From: the human T2T-CHM13v2.0 reference genome, Homo sapiens
Assembly: GCA_009914755.4 (NCBI GenBank)
Contig: CP068257.2
Coordinates: 25,952,001 to 26,016,000 of the forward strand
Direction of reading: 5' to 3'
Length of the DNA: 64,000 nucleotides
Positions 25,812 through 40,239 of this stretch are shown piece by piece. Both the position numbers and the translations under genes were made by a program. Below the pieces are notes generated by a model, which ran no database searches, was not told the origin of the DNA, and worked only from the letters and a program-made list of their open reading frames with translations. Position 1 is the stretch's first letter. The number at the start of each line of letters is the position of its first letter.

Positions 25812-28800
25812 GTCATCCATTTTTTAAAGTCTTGGCCAATTTCATTTTAAATTTGTCTTATTTAATTCTTTCTTCCCTTTATGTTTTTCCAATTATGTAT
25901 ATTATATCTTTTTAACTTGTCCTACAGTTCTTAGATATTCTGTCTTTTTATTTTATTGTCAGTTTCTTTTTTCTCTTTGCATTTCATTTAGGAGGTTTCT
26001 ATAGCCACATGATCCAGCTCACTGATTCTTTTCTCAGCTGTGTCGAGTCTGCTGATGAGCTAATCAAAGCCATTCTTCATTTAGATTGGTGATTTTTATT
26101 TCTATCATTTTCTTTTACTTTATTATAATATTTTTATAGCTTTTTTACATTACCTACCTGTTCTTTTACATTGTTAGTTTTTTTTCCATTAGAGCTTATA
26201 ATGGGTTAATTACAGTTATTTTAAATTCCTTATCTGATAATTTCAATATCAGTGTCATATCTGTGTCTGTTTCTGATGTTTGCCTTGTGTCTTCAGACTG
26301 TGGGGTTTTTTTCTTGCCTTTTATCATGCTTTTATTTTTTGTTTAAATCTGGACCTCATGTATTGGGTAATAGGAACTGAGATAAATAGTCCTTTAGTGA
26401 AATGGTTTATGGTGATCTGGCTAAAAATTGAGCTTTGTTTATTGTGTGCCATAGGCGTAGGTACCAGAAGCTTCAAATTTCTTTAGTCTGTTTGATTTTG
26501 TCTTCCCTGTTGTCTCTGAGATTTGCTAAGAACTCATCCTTAGATAAAGTTTTGTCATGCAGCAATTTTGTCTGTAATCCACTATTGGTAACCTGGATCC
26601 TTGCTGGTATTGGGGTAAGGTGTGAGGGAGGGTAAGTTTTCCATAATATCATGATTAAATCTCAGTATTTTAACTAGTATCTCACCTTCACAACTACTTC
26701 TTGGCATTTACTTCACCATTAGGTGAAACAGGAAGGCTAGAATGGGCTGGAGAAGGGCAAATACACTTTCCCATGGAGAGAAGGCCTTTGCTGTCAAAAA
26801 CATTCTAGATGTATTTAACAATGGCTCCTTTTCTTTATCCCTTCCAGAGCCACATATGAAGATTTTTTGACTCTTCACCATAAGATGTAGGTGCAGTTCC
26901 TGGAGATTGAACCCATGAAAGTGTAGGGAACCCCTTAGACTGTGACCTTCAGGAGTTTCTCACTCTCAAAGTAGTCTACAGTCAACCTCCCGGAATTTGT
27001 CATTATTACCACTCACGTGTTCATACCAGTTTATGGCTACAGAAACGTCTTCCCCAGATAAAGCGATCTTACTTGAGACTCTCGGATTTCATATTTCTTA
27101 GAATTTCAGGGTAGTGGTTTTCTCTGTAATCCTGTTCCTCTGATGAGTCCAAGAAAAGTTATTCGTTTTCAGTTTGTTTAGTTTTTTGTGTTTTAAGAAC
27201 GCATACAATTTACGATCTCTTTATGTATTGGAGTTAACAGTGAAACCACTTTCTTTTTAATATTATTAATTTTGATAGCAAAATATGATAGAGAAGATAA
27301 AACAGCATTGCATCATTAAATATATTTTCATTATAGTAGTTTTCATACAAGTTTATATTAATAATATTAAATTGACACTAATGTTTAAACTTCATGACTA
27401 TCAAGTGAATACACACAAGACTTTTTAAATGAACCCTAAGATATAGTCACATTGATTGTATCAACATGAACTATCCTAGAATTGCTCAAAGATTCAAAAG
27501 AAATGCTATATAAACCTTATTACAAATAGAATTCTTCCATGTGAATAATAGAATAATGTGAAATATTATTATAAATATAGATTTCATGAACCTAATTTTT
27601 TTCTTTTTTTAAAATATATTTAGCTATAAAAAATGGCATGCCTAACTTTATTTGATAGTGATGGGGTCATTTGAGTTGCCCTTTGCAGTATTACTTTTTT
27701 TAGAAAGACATTAGAAAATTATAAATCTATATGTGTGTATATATGTATGTAGATTTGTAGAATGTGTAATAAATAATTATGTTACATTGAAGGCAGGCTG
27801 AGTATATTTTTCCAGTTAAAAAATTAGTAAACTATGTATTTTATATATCCAGATCAGCAGTCAGCAAAACCCTGGCCTATAGTCCAATCCAACTCACAGC
27901 TTTTTTTTAAGATAATGTTTTACTGAAACATAGCCACCTCGTTTATTTACATGTTGTTTATGGCTTCTTGCAAAGCTGAAAAAGCAGAGTTTAGTTGCAA
28001 TCGAGACCTTATAGACTCCCAAGCTAGAATATGTATTATTGTTCCCTTTGCAGAAAAAGTTTCTCTATCCGTATTCTACATACAACATCATTTAACTTAA
28101 TGTACCAGAATTTAAAATGTAAACATAGAATATGTTGATTAACTATTGGAATTTAATGAAAAACACTTAAAACTTCTAAAAGCGTGTTTATTTTTTAAGA
28201 GAATATGTAGTTATGCTTTAGTATTTATTTATTTGTATTTTCACAACATAGGAAATATTGGCGCATTGAATCTAATTTTATGGTACACTAAAATGTTCGT
28301 ATCATTGCACATAACTAATCACGATGGATGTAACAAAAGCAAAGGGAAAATACTAATATGAGATGTTTAGTGATACCTGCTATTTTATACACAAATTCAT
28401 AAAATAAAACACTTGAGAGCCTTCTTTAGCATTAAATAGGTATTACATAATTGTACATTTTTAAATGTATATACTTATGTATGTATATTTTTTAAATATA
28501 TGTGTTAGGACAGTTGGATTTAAGAACTTTGGTTTCATCTATTACATATCTATTTCTTCCCTATATGTAATAGATGAAAAGATTTTCATCGGTAAGTTCG
28601 TTTTTTCTTTCTTTCCAAGCACTAGCATGATAAATAAACAATTTCAAAGGGAACTTCTAAATACTGCTTTCCACATAAAGTTAAAAAATTAAGTGTGACT
28701 CAAATCCTGTGCTCATGGGCCATTTAGTCTTTTTCCTGACTTGTAACAAGCTCACATGTGACCTTGGAAATCTGTACTTGTCATGAAGTTTGAGCTTTCC

Positions 28801-30177
28801 GTTAGGTTGGTGGATGCAGTGAAAATTTATTAGTTAAAGTAAGGAAGCAGTTAATAGGCATGGCATGGTCAAGTCATAAACAACACTCTTTTACTGAGAC
28901 CAAAAGTTTGGTAGTCTGGCCTTACTCTAAATTATACTTAAACCAAGGAACTAAAAGAGCAAAATTCCAGCCCTGACTCAGTGTTCACAGGAATTCATAA
29001 TCGTAATTGAGAATGAGAGCTTTCAAAAGAGGTAGACAAGGATATTTGGGGGATTTCATTACAAATGTTTCAATTTACTTTTTAAATGATGCTCAAACCA
29101 AATATATATTCTGTTTTACTAGATGCAAAGGTACCAGTTTACCTTCACATTCCTTGATCTAAAAAGGTACACATATTTAAAACAAAGCTTTAGTACATAT
29201 ATGTCAAATTGTCGATTTCTGTTTCAGTTTCCCAACTATCTTCATCAACTTTAAGCATTATATATCTGTGTATGGGCCACTTTTTGCGATAAACGCAACT
29301 TGTGTTAGTTTGGAGCCACACATCCTTCTTATCCAGGTTCCCAGGTGGCCCCAGCAATCCTACCAGCCACAACCAAGTTCCCCATTGCCCAAGAGTATAT
29401 AGAATTTGGTGAAATAAAATTGTTTTTTTTTAAATTTGGAGTTCCACCCACCAAAACATACCAAAACATTTGTGCTCATTCTCTCAAGATTGTTCTCTGT
29501 TTCTATTACAGGACCCATCTGAATTTTTAGTGCCTTTATGGAATTTCTGTACTTTGACCAACCAGAAGAAGGACTATTTTTGTTAAAGAATGTTCATCCG
29601 AGCCATTCCAAACATGCCATAGAAGCAACTGACTATTGAAGGAGACACCCTTGCTTTGACATTTTATAACAATGATCTATGTAATACTTAAGACTCTTTA
29701 AATTTGAGATAATAGAAAATGTAACTCAAACTAGTTTAAACAATAAAGTGAATTTATTGGCTCATCTACCAGAGGAGTACAAAGGCTTGTGCTTGTTTAT
29801 TTGAGGTTGCTACTCATCAAAGATTCTTCATTTAGTCTACTCTGCCTTCCTCAAAGAGCCTCACACTAAGGCTGGCTTCCTTCTTTTCAGGAATGAAATA
29901 ACCACAGCAGGAATAACATTTATACCTTGCAACACTTCAAAAGGTTTAAAGAAAGAGCGTGCAATTCTAGAAATGGTTTTCCCAGTTTCATTAGCTGAGC
30001 TTTGTTAAAGTTCAGTGGCTTCTCAATGGTATTATGCCAGTTGGCTGAATTCTGACACAACAAGCTCCACCATAAGACACAGGTGTGAGAAGGAAGTGCA
30101 AACACTCGGATGAAAAAATAGGGCAATTCTCAAGAGAAGGTGTTATGATTGGTAAGGAGACGTGATGGTTCATTTTA

Positions 30178-30719
30178 TGTGTCAACTTGATTGGCTCATG
30201 TGGTGCTCACATACTGGCCTAAAATTATATTGGTACATATCTGTAAAAGTGTTTCTGGATGAGATTAGCATTTGAATCTGCAGACTGAATACAGCTGATG
30301 GCCCTCCCTAACTAGTGTGGGCATTGGCCAGTCAGTTGAGGGCCTGAATAAAGCAAAAGGTGGAGGAAGGGTAATATCTTTTTATTCTCTGCCCTACTGC
30401 TTGAGCTGGGAGATCAGATTTCTCCTGCCCTTAGACTGGACTTACACCGTTGGTGCTCCTGACTCTCAGGCCTTCAAATGGGGACTGAAACTACACCATT
30501 AGCTTTTCCAGGTCCCTAGCTTGCAGATGGCAGATCATGGGGCGACTCAGCCTTCACAATTACACGAGCCAAAACCTTATAATTAATCTTATAGCTCTGT
30601 GTGTATATGTATGCTATATATACACATATATATTTATATGGCTATGTAGCTATGTATATTTTCTTTTATCCTATTGGTTCAGATTTTTTAAAGAATCCTG
30701 ATGAATACAGGAAGTAATG
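30178..30719 (+). mobile_element. ERVL-MaLR-type solo LTR (MLT1-like: 'tgtgtcaacttga...' start, '...cctattggttcag...gaatacag' end)
   Basis: Begins 'tgtgtcaacttgattggctcatgtggtgctcacatactgg...gtgtttctggatgagattagcatttgaatctgcagactgaatacagctgatggccctccctaactagtgtgggc...'. Ends '...cacgagccaaaaccttataattaatc...cctattggttcagatttt...gatgaatacag'. Contains an internal (TA/CA) low-complexity patch. Confidence 0.55.
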
Positions 30720-31218
30720 AGAATGTCCATGACATTCAAAATCATGAAATGATGCTTATAACCTAATGATAAATTGTAACTCTGTTTCTTAATCTTATGA
30801 GTGTCTCTATTTTACCAAATAATCCAGTCAACCAATAAAAGCCATCATGAACTGGTAGATTAAAAAGTTTTTCACTTTCAAGTTATCAAGAACACTTTTC
30901 AATAATTCATGGAAAATTCACTTCAGCTCACGCATATATTGGTATGTCTTTCTTCCCTAAAGTAGAAGAAACCAGGAGGAAATATTTCAATTTGATTACA
31001 CAAAGAAAATGGTTTCTGTATGCAGAAACAAACCTCAGAACTTACTTTAAAAAAAGACTAATAGTGCAATTCACTATACTTATTTTGAGCTACTTTACCT
31101 GAACACCAAATACTAAATTAATGGAAAGCATAATGATCACAACGAAAAATCAATCTTTAAAAATAGAGACAAATCTTTCTTTCATATTTATGTACTGGTC
31201 TGGGAAGCAATTAAAAAT

Positions 31219-31471
<253 letters not shown>

Positions 31472-31720
31472 TCAATGAAGGAATGATATTTATCTTTTTT
31501 TTTTTCCAATAGTGGCATTTTTAGCTTAATCTGAAAACAAAATTTACTAGGAGTCTTTAACCAATTTACATTTTTTTCTCTTCTTCACATATTCCTTTCT
31601 GAAAAAATAATAACCTCTATTTGATTGAAGCCCATAATCATGTCTAAAATCACCTTGCTCTTTGTGTACATTTATCCATACATATTTACTGAGAGCCTCC
31701 TACTTGACTGGCATTGGATT

Positions 31721-32127
<407 letters not shown>

Positions 32128-33405
32128 AGAAGGAATAACTTTTGTCCTGGAGCACCACACACCACCATGAAGGAGGTGAGGAGGGTGACTAAGACAGCTG
32201 TAGCTAATTAGGGACAACCATATAGAGAAGTACTTGTGAAAAGATGCATGAATTAGACTTAGCTACACAGAGGAACAGAGAGAGGATCGCAAGAAATTGG
32301 ATATGTATATGTGTGATTCAAAGAACTACAGAAAGTTAGAAAGGAAAAATGTTTAACTTAAATGAGGTAAGATACAGGCCAGATCACAAAAAGCACTGGA
32401 TCCTATGAAAGGTGTTTGGGTTTTAATTACTAAGAATTTCAAACTGAGCCTAGAAATAATAGATTTTTTTCATGTTAGAATAGTCTGTCTTTATTACTAT
32501 GAATGGGAGATTGGCTTAGCAGGAACAGAGAATGAAATGCTAAGGGCCTGAAGGAAGGAGATCAAGACAAAGAGGCAATAAGAAAGATCTAGGCTAAGAA
32601 GCTAAACACAAGGTGAAGGGTGGGAATGCTTATGGGAGTACAAAATATTTCTAGGAGGAAGTTGTTTTAATGTGGGGGAAGAGGAAGAAGTTCAGAAACA
32701 TGTCAAGGTATGTTGAGCTATGAGAAAACCACTTGAAGGAAATGCAAGAAGGGCAGGGTTTTCTTAATTCTCTTTTTTATTTTTCCTTTTGGTTTTATGC
32801 ATTGGCTCAAGTGGGAAAAGTCCCAGGACTCTGGGTATTTCCACTTCCTACCCACACTCCTAGTTCCACTTTCACGGACTCTCTAAAAATCTAAAGAATT
32901 AATCCCATCATGCTCTACTTTTCTATTTACATCCTTGCCACCAGCTCAAGTTTCCCAGATTCCTCTTTGCCTGGAATCTTAACCCTTACACGTGGATATG
33001 GATCTCTGAAATTCTAAACCACACTGGGCCCTTCAGATGTCCAACCTAAGCAAAATCTTCTACTTCCTCAAGCGTTCATCAAACATGCCCTTTACCGTCT
33101 TGTTCTAATTGAAATCTTTCTCATTTCTGTGGAAATGCTTTTTAACATTTGTTATTTTTTTCTCTCATAGTCTTTATAAGACTGGACATAGAGGTAGAGT
33201 AAGTTCCCTATTGTCTCTTGATATCATTTTACACCCGTTTGTTGCTCCCTTCTTTTTTCCAAAACTCCCAACTTTGAAACTCATACCCTTAGTCTATGCT
33301 ACCTATTACAACCCCTTGCTGTAATTGTTTACAGCTTTGGGCTCACATCGAACCCTCATTCCATGATGATTTCTCTACCTGCTTTATCTTCCAGCTTTTC
33401 AACAT

Positions 33406-35320
33406 GATAAAGATATATATAGTATATATATACATACACATATATATATCTTTGATAAAGATATATATACACACATATATCTTTGATAAAGATACATATA
33501 CACATATATCTTTGATAAATATATACACACATATATCTGATAAAGCTAGATATATACACATGTATATCTTTGATAAAGAGATATATACACACGTAAATCT
33601 TTGATAAAGATATATATACGCATATATATTTGATAAAGATATATATACGCATATACATCTTTGATAAAGACATATGTAGGCATATACGTCTTAGATAAAG
33701 ACATATATGTAGGCATATACGTCTTAGATAAAGACATATATGTAGGCATATACGTCTTAGATAAAGACATATATGTAGGCATATACGTCTTAGATAAAGA
33801 CATATATGTAGGCATATACGTCTTAAAGATATATATGTAGGCATATACGTCTTAAAGATATATATGTAGGCATATACGTCTTAAAGATATATATGTAGGC
33901 ATATACGTCTTAAAGATATATATGTAGGCATATACGTCTTAAAGATATATATGTAGGCATATACGTCTTAGATAAAGATATATATGTAGGCATATACGTC
34001 TTAGATAAAGATATATATGTAGGCATATACGTCTTAAAGATATATATGTAGGCATATACGTCTTAGATAAAGATATATATGTAGGCATATACGTCTTTGA
34101 TAAAGATATATATGTAGGCATATACGTCTTAGATAAAGATATATATGTAGGCATATACGTCTTAGATAAAGATATATATGTAGGCATATACGTCTTAGAT
34201 AAAGATATATATGTAGGCATATACGTCTTAGATAAAGATATATATGTAGGCATATACGTCTTAGATAAAGATATATATGTAGGCATATACGTCTTAGATA
34301 AAGATATATATGTAGGAATATACGTCTTTGATAAAGATATATATGTAGGCATATACGTCTTAGATAAAGATATATATGTAGGCATATACGTCTTAAAGAT
34401 ATATATGTAGGCATATACGTCTTAAAGATATATATGTAGGCATATACGTCTTAAAGATATATATGTAGGCATATACGTCTTAAAGATATATATGTAGGCA
34501 TATACGTCTTAGATAAAGATATATATGTGGGCATATACGTCTTAGATAAAGATATATATGTAGGCATATACGTCTTAGATAAAGATATATATGTAGGAAT
34601 ATACGTCTTTGATAAAGATATATATGTAGGCATATACGTCTTTGATAAAGATATATATGTAGGCATATACGTCTTAAAGATATATATGTAGGCATATACG
34701 TCTTAAAGATATATATGTAGGCATATACGTCTTAAAGATATATATGTAGGCATATACGTCTTAAAGATATATATGTAGGCATATACGTCTTAGATAAAGA
34801 TATATATGTAGGCATATACGTCTTAGATAAAGATATATATGTAGGCATATACGTCTTAGATAAAGATATATATGTAGGCATATACGTCTTAGATAAAGAT
34901 ATATATGTAGGCATATACGTCTTTGATAAAGATATATATGTAGGCATATACGTCTTAGATAAAGATATATATGTAGGCATATACGTCTTAGATAAAGATA
35001 TATATGTAGGCATATACGTCTTTGATAAAGATATATATGTAGGCATATACGTCTTTGATAAAGATATATATGTAGGCATATACGTCTTAGATAAAGATAT
35101 ATATGTAGGCATATACGTCTTAGATAAAGATATATATGTAGGCATATACGTCTTAGATAAAGATATATATGTAGGCATATACGTCTTTGATAAAGATATA
35201 TATGTAGGCATATACGTCTTTGATAAAGATATATATGTAGGCATATACGTCTTTGATAAAGATATATATGTAGGCATATATGTCTTTGATAAAGATATAT
35301 ATGTAGGCATATATATCTTT
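33406..35320. repeat. AT-rich minisatellite (VNTR-like), ~60 tandem copies of 29- and 33-bp unit variants
   Basis: Core units are 'aaagatatatatgtaggcatatacgtctt' (29 bp) and 'agataaagatatatatgtaggcatatacgtctt' (33 bp; variants 'tgataaag' and 'gacatatat'), arranged in blocks. The 5' ~250 bp is degenerate ('...ctttgataaagatatatatacacacatatat...') and the 3' ~1.6 kb is nearly homogeneous. This array produces the repetitive 'MPTYISLSKTY...' and 'RRICLHIYLYL...' ORF artefacts. Confidence 0.95.
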
Positions 35321-35419
35321 CTAAGTGGCATTCATAGCAAAAAAAGATATATATATCTTTATATATATATATATATATAAAGATATATATATCTTTTTTT
35401 GCTATGAATGCCACTTAGA
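35320..35419. repeat. Perfect 100-bp AT-rich palindrome at the 3' edge of the minisatellite
   Basis: tctaagtggcattcatagcaaaaaaagatatatatatcttt-(ta)9-aaagatatatatatctttttttgctatgaatgccacttaga. The sequence equals its own reverse complement over 35320-35419. Confidence 0.95.
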
Positions 35420-35520
35420 AATTTATTCTATTCTCTGAGACTCTCAGTTCATTGACTTTCTCTTCTATAACCACTTTGTTTTCCACTACAACTCTCATGT
35501 CTTATAATAGGCTTAGAACA

Positions 35521-35620
35521 TTGTTTTTTAAACTAGGGAATTAAAAAGAAACAGTATAAAATATTTCCTGAAGGAACATAACGTCTAATAATGAATTATG
35601 CCAATGGATAATTGGACAGA
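35521..35620. repeat. Copy 2 of the diverged ~95-bp direct repeat (partner at 31721-31812)
   Basis: 'ttaaactagggaattaaaaagaaacagtataaaatatttcctgaaggaacataacgtctaataatgaattatgccaatgga'. It is immediately followed by an L1 insertion. Confidence 0.6.
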
Positions 35621-36912
35621 TCAAGATGGATCAAAGACTTAACTCTAAGATATAATAGCATAAAAATTATAGAAGACAATATTAGAGAAACCCTTCTAAA
35701 CATTGGCTTAGGCAAAGACTTTATGATCAAGAACCCAAAAGCAAATGTAACAAAAATAAAGATAAATAGATGGGACTTAATTAAACTAAAAGGTTTCCAC
35801 ACAGCAAAACAAATAATCAGCAGAGTTAACAGGCAACCCACAAAGTGGGAGAAAATCTTCACAATCTATACATCTGACAAAGGATTAATATCCAGAATCT
35901 ACAAAGAACTCACACAAATCAGCAAGAAGGAAACAAACAATTCCATCAAAAAGTAGGCTAAGGACATGAATAGACAATTCTCAAATGAAGATATACAAAT
36001 GGCCAATGAGCCTATGGAAAAAAGCTCAACATCACTAATTATCAAGGAAATGTAAATCAAAACCACAATACAATACCACCTTACTCCTGCAAGAATGGCC
36101 ATAATCAAAAAATAATTAAAAAATAGATGCTGTCGTGGATATGATGAAAAGGGAACAATTTTACACTGTTGGTGGGAATGTAAACTAGTACAATCACTAT
36201 GGAAAACAGTGTGGAGATTCCTCAAAGAACTAAAAGTAGATCCACCATTTGATCCAGAAATCACACTACTAGGTATCTACCCAGCAGAAAGGAAGTCATT
36301 ATACAAAAAAGATAATTGTACAGGAATGTTTAGAGCAGAACAATTTGCAATTGCAAAAATATAGGATCAGCTCAAATGCCCATCAATGAACAAGTGGATA
36401 AAGAAAAGTGGATAAAGAAATGTGTGTGTCTGTGTGTATGTGTGTATATATATACGCACACATACACACACACATTTCTTTATACATATATATATATATA
36501 TACACACACATACACATACACACACATACACACACACACACACCATGGAATACTACTCAGTCATGCAAAAGAACAGAATAATGGCATTCAGAAAAACCTG
36601 GATGGAATTGGAGACTATTATTCTAAGTGATGTAACTCAGGGGGATGGAAAATCAAACATCATATCTTCTCACTCAAAAGTGGGAGCTAAGCTATGAGGA
36701 TGCAAAAGCATAAGAATGATACATTGAACTCTGTGGACTCGGGGGAAAGGGTGGGAGGGGTATGAGTGATAAAAGACTACACATTGGGTACAGTGTACAC
36801 TGCTCCAGTGATGGGTGCACCAAAAGCTCAGAAGTCACCACTAAATAACTTATTCATGTAACCAAACACCACCTGCTCCATAAAAAGTTATCAAAATAAA
36901 ACATAAATTAAA
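35613..36912 (+). mobile_element. 5'-truncated old L1 (L1PB/L1MA-like) 3' end: ORF2 C-terminal region, 3'UTR and A-rich tail
   Basis: The plus-strand ORF 35612-35956 matches the L1 ORF2p C-terminus ('...GLGKDFM.K.PKA...[53 protein letters not shown]'). It continues through 'caccatggaatactactcag...gtgggagctaagctatgagga...' to the tail 'aaagttatcaaaataaaacataaattaaaataa'. Confidence 0.8.
36421..36544. repeat. Compound (TG)n/(TA)n/(CA)n microsatellite inside the L1 3' region
   Basis: tgtgtgtgtctgtgtgtatgtgtgtatatatatacgcacacatacacacacaca...tatatatatatatacacacacatacacatacacacacatacacacacacacacacc. Confidence 0.95.
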
Positions 36913-37240
36913 ATAAGCCAGTACCAGCCACTGCAAAAACATACCAAATTGTAAAGACCATCAACACTATAAAGAAACTGCATCAATTAATGGGCAAAAT
37001 CACCAGCTAGCAGCATAATGACAGGATCAAATTCACACATAGCAATATTAACCTTAAATGTAAATGGGCTAAATGGGCTAAATGTCCCAATTAAAAGACA
37101 CAGACTGGCAAATTGGATAAAGAGTCAAGACTCGTTGGTGTGCTGTATTCAGGAGACCCATCCCATGTGCAAAGACACACATAGGCTCAAAATAAAGGGA
37201 TGGAGGATTATTTACCAAGCAAATGAAATGATAAATGCAT
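36913..37240 (+). mobile_element. Short internal L1 fragment (ORF1 C-terminus, inter-ORF spacer, ORF2 N-terminus), plus orientation
   Basis: 'gccagtaccagccactgcaaaaacataccaaattgtaaagaccatcaacactataaagaaactgcatcaattaatgggcaaaatcaccagctagcagcataatgacaggatcaaattcacacatagcaatattaaccttaaatgtaaatgggctaaatg...attaaaagacacagactggcaaattggataaagagtcaagac'. The plus-strand ORF 37018-37302 is 'MTGSNSHIAILTLNVNGLN...PIKRHRLANWIKSQD...CCIQETH..CKDTHRLKIKGW', the ORF2p N-terminus. Confidence 0.8.
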
Positions 37241-37669
<429 letters not shown>

Positions 37670-40239
37670 TTAAGGCAGGTTTAGAGAAACAATTGGGGCA
37701 GAAGCCAAGTTACAATACATGAAAGACTCAATGGGAAGACAGGAGATGAAACCGTGGGCATAGATTGCAGGCGTATTATTCTTGGCTATTAAAGGAAGAA
37801 GTAGGAGATCCACAGAGGGTTAGCTAAAGGTGGGCACAGAGTAAGACATTGAAATTTCATCTGGGAGAGGATATCTAAAGATGCTAAGGAAATTTAATCA
37901 ATAATATGGCAGCATTTGAAGACCTAGGAGGGGATACTTGATAGGATGGGGTTCAGGAACAGATAACGTGTCTAAAAATCGACATCAACAAAAATAGTCA
38001 TTTTATTGCAATTGACCAAATGTTCTTTTATTATCAGTTTTATGAATTTCTTAGTTCTGAGTACTATTAACAGGTCAGTCACTTTCTATGAAGCAAAAAC
38101 AAAGAAAACCTTCTGCAAGCTCCAACCTGATGGCTTTAAACTAAGTAATGTGAAACAAAAGGTATGAACTATATAAAAAAATAGGCTTCTGTACAACCAG
38201 TGATTAACTAGCAAAAGCAGAGGAGGACTCTTTTTTTTTTCCTGCACATTCTCTCCCTGTAGGAAAACTATAAGAGAAGCCAAAATCATATCAAAAGGCT
38301 TGCTCAGTGTAATGATTTGTTCTTGGTAGGAACAATAGTGGTCTTTGGCCTTCCTCCCCATTAGATGCTGTAACTACTGTGACGATATTCTCGTGGAAAG
38401 CTAATTTTAGAACCTACTGAGAATACAACTGCACCCAGGTGGGTTATAGTTACCAGAGTGTATCTGTAAATGTACATAGAATTTAATTAATCCATAAAAA
38501 GACTACTGATATAAAACCGGGGAAAAGCTGGAATGTTTTACTAGCAGGCAATGAATAGTCTCTTGGTAATGAATAAAAATCTTACCTTGCTAATAACCAT
38601 GAGAAAGCTCCTAGGTGTTGAAATGATGTCTCAATAATTAAGTACTAAAGCCATTTTTTTGCACAAAGTAGAAGTAGATGTACAAAGGAGATGAAAGGCA
38701 GGCATCTTCTAAAATTTGCAGGTCCTACACAATAGTACAAGTAGTGTACCACATACCATATATACACATATTTAAAATATTTGTTACTAGTCGTTCCCTA
38801 GGTCGATTAATCTTAACCTTGGCTATACATTTGAATCATGTAAAGAGTGTTTTAAAATGCCTACCCTGAACCTTTCAACTTGCTGAGACTTAGATTTATT
38901 TATTTGATGGAGTAGTTAGTATTTTATTATCAGCTCCCAAGTTGATGCTAATGTGCACCAGGGTAACAAAATTCTTCAAAGAATAATTATAAATACCCTG
39001 GCATGTGGTCTACGACAAGGATGACACTTACCTAACTTAATTCTGTGGAATATGAGAACATTCATGAATCAATCTCTCATTATATTTCTGTTTTTGGCCA
39101 GAGGGTACATTTGGCTGCTTTTAAAATTCAATAAAAAACTGCCTGGGAGGAAGACTGCAAAGCTATGTAGGGAATAAATACATCTCCAAAGATGGAGTTT
39201 TCTGAAACATCAAGACGCACGTGAAAACACCTTGAAACATACATGCAAATTATCTATCTTCTTAACCAATCTTAATGTGATTAGTTTCCTCTAAACTAGA
39301 GATCACAAAGATAAATATTTCTTGGTTCTAAATTTTCCAGGACAATTAAATAATCCACCAAAATAACATGGATATTTTGAATAGATAATTTCCTGTTCAG
39401 TTTAAGTTTACTTATACAAACATGAGGAATCATTTGTAGTTATTATCCAGGATAAGCCTGCAACTATGTAGTAAAGAAAATATTCTGTAGATAATACTTA
39501 CCACAAACATTTTTTAAAATGTAGTAATACATGTGCTTTTTACTTTGAGGGAAACTTGCTGTAGAGTTAGCAAATATATATTCATTGAAGAGAAAGTTCA
39601 ACAATCCTTGTAACAACGTTTTCAATTCCTTCCTTCTTATATAGCTGAGATAACACATTTCTAGAATGACTAAGAAATAGTTTTCTTTTGGTGCTATTTT
39701 TTTCTTAATGTCAGCATTATAAATTTATAGTAAAATGGGATGATTTACTCAAATTAGCAAATAGTTAATTCACAGACATTAAAAGTTCTAAATTTTTTAT
39801 TGAAAGTTTTTAAGAAAAATTACAAAAATGCATTAGTAACCTGTGCAAAAGCATTTGAGTATTTGTTTTTCTTTCATAAGGGACAGAATACTATGTTGAG
39901 CTATTTATTAATACATAACTCATTCTCTTTTTCATAATCATATTTTCTCATACTTGAAAGCTTCTCTAATTCAGAAAGCTAGGACATCCTGCAGTCACTA
40001 ACCTCAGAGAAGGTTTGTTACTTGTTAGAGAAGTACGCATTTCAGTAACACCTTCATTAGGAAAAACTTGGCTTCAAACGAAACATTATTTTCTGAGGTG
40101 GAACACACTTTTTGGCTATTGATAGTCACAGGTTCTTAAAGCACAGTAGTTTTATACATATATACATTTTATACTGGGCTTTATTTTTATATTTGTGTAC
40201 TATTTACTTACTTTGAAAGATATTTTTACTCTTAGATTT

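Noticed and set aside
33356-35414. Very long repetitive ORFs (up to 217 aa) with peptide repeats 'MPTYISLSKTY' and 'RRICLHIYLYL'
   Set aside because: They are pure frame-translations of the 29/33-bp AT-rich minisatellite on the minus strand. The unit length is not a multiple of 3, which is why different frames give the two peptide series. This is a translation artefact, not a repeat protein.
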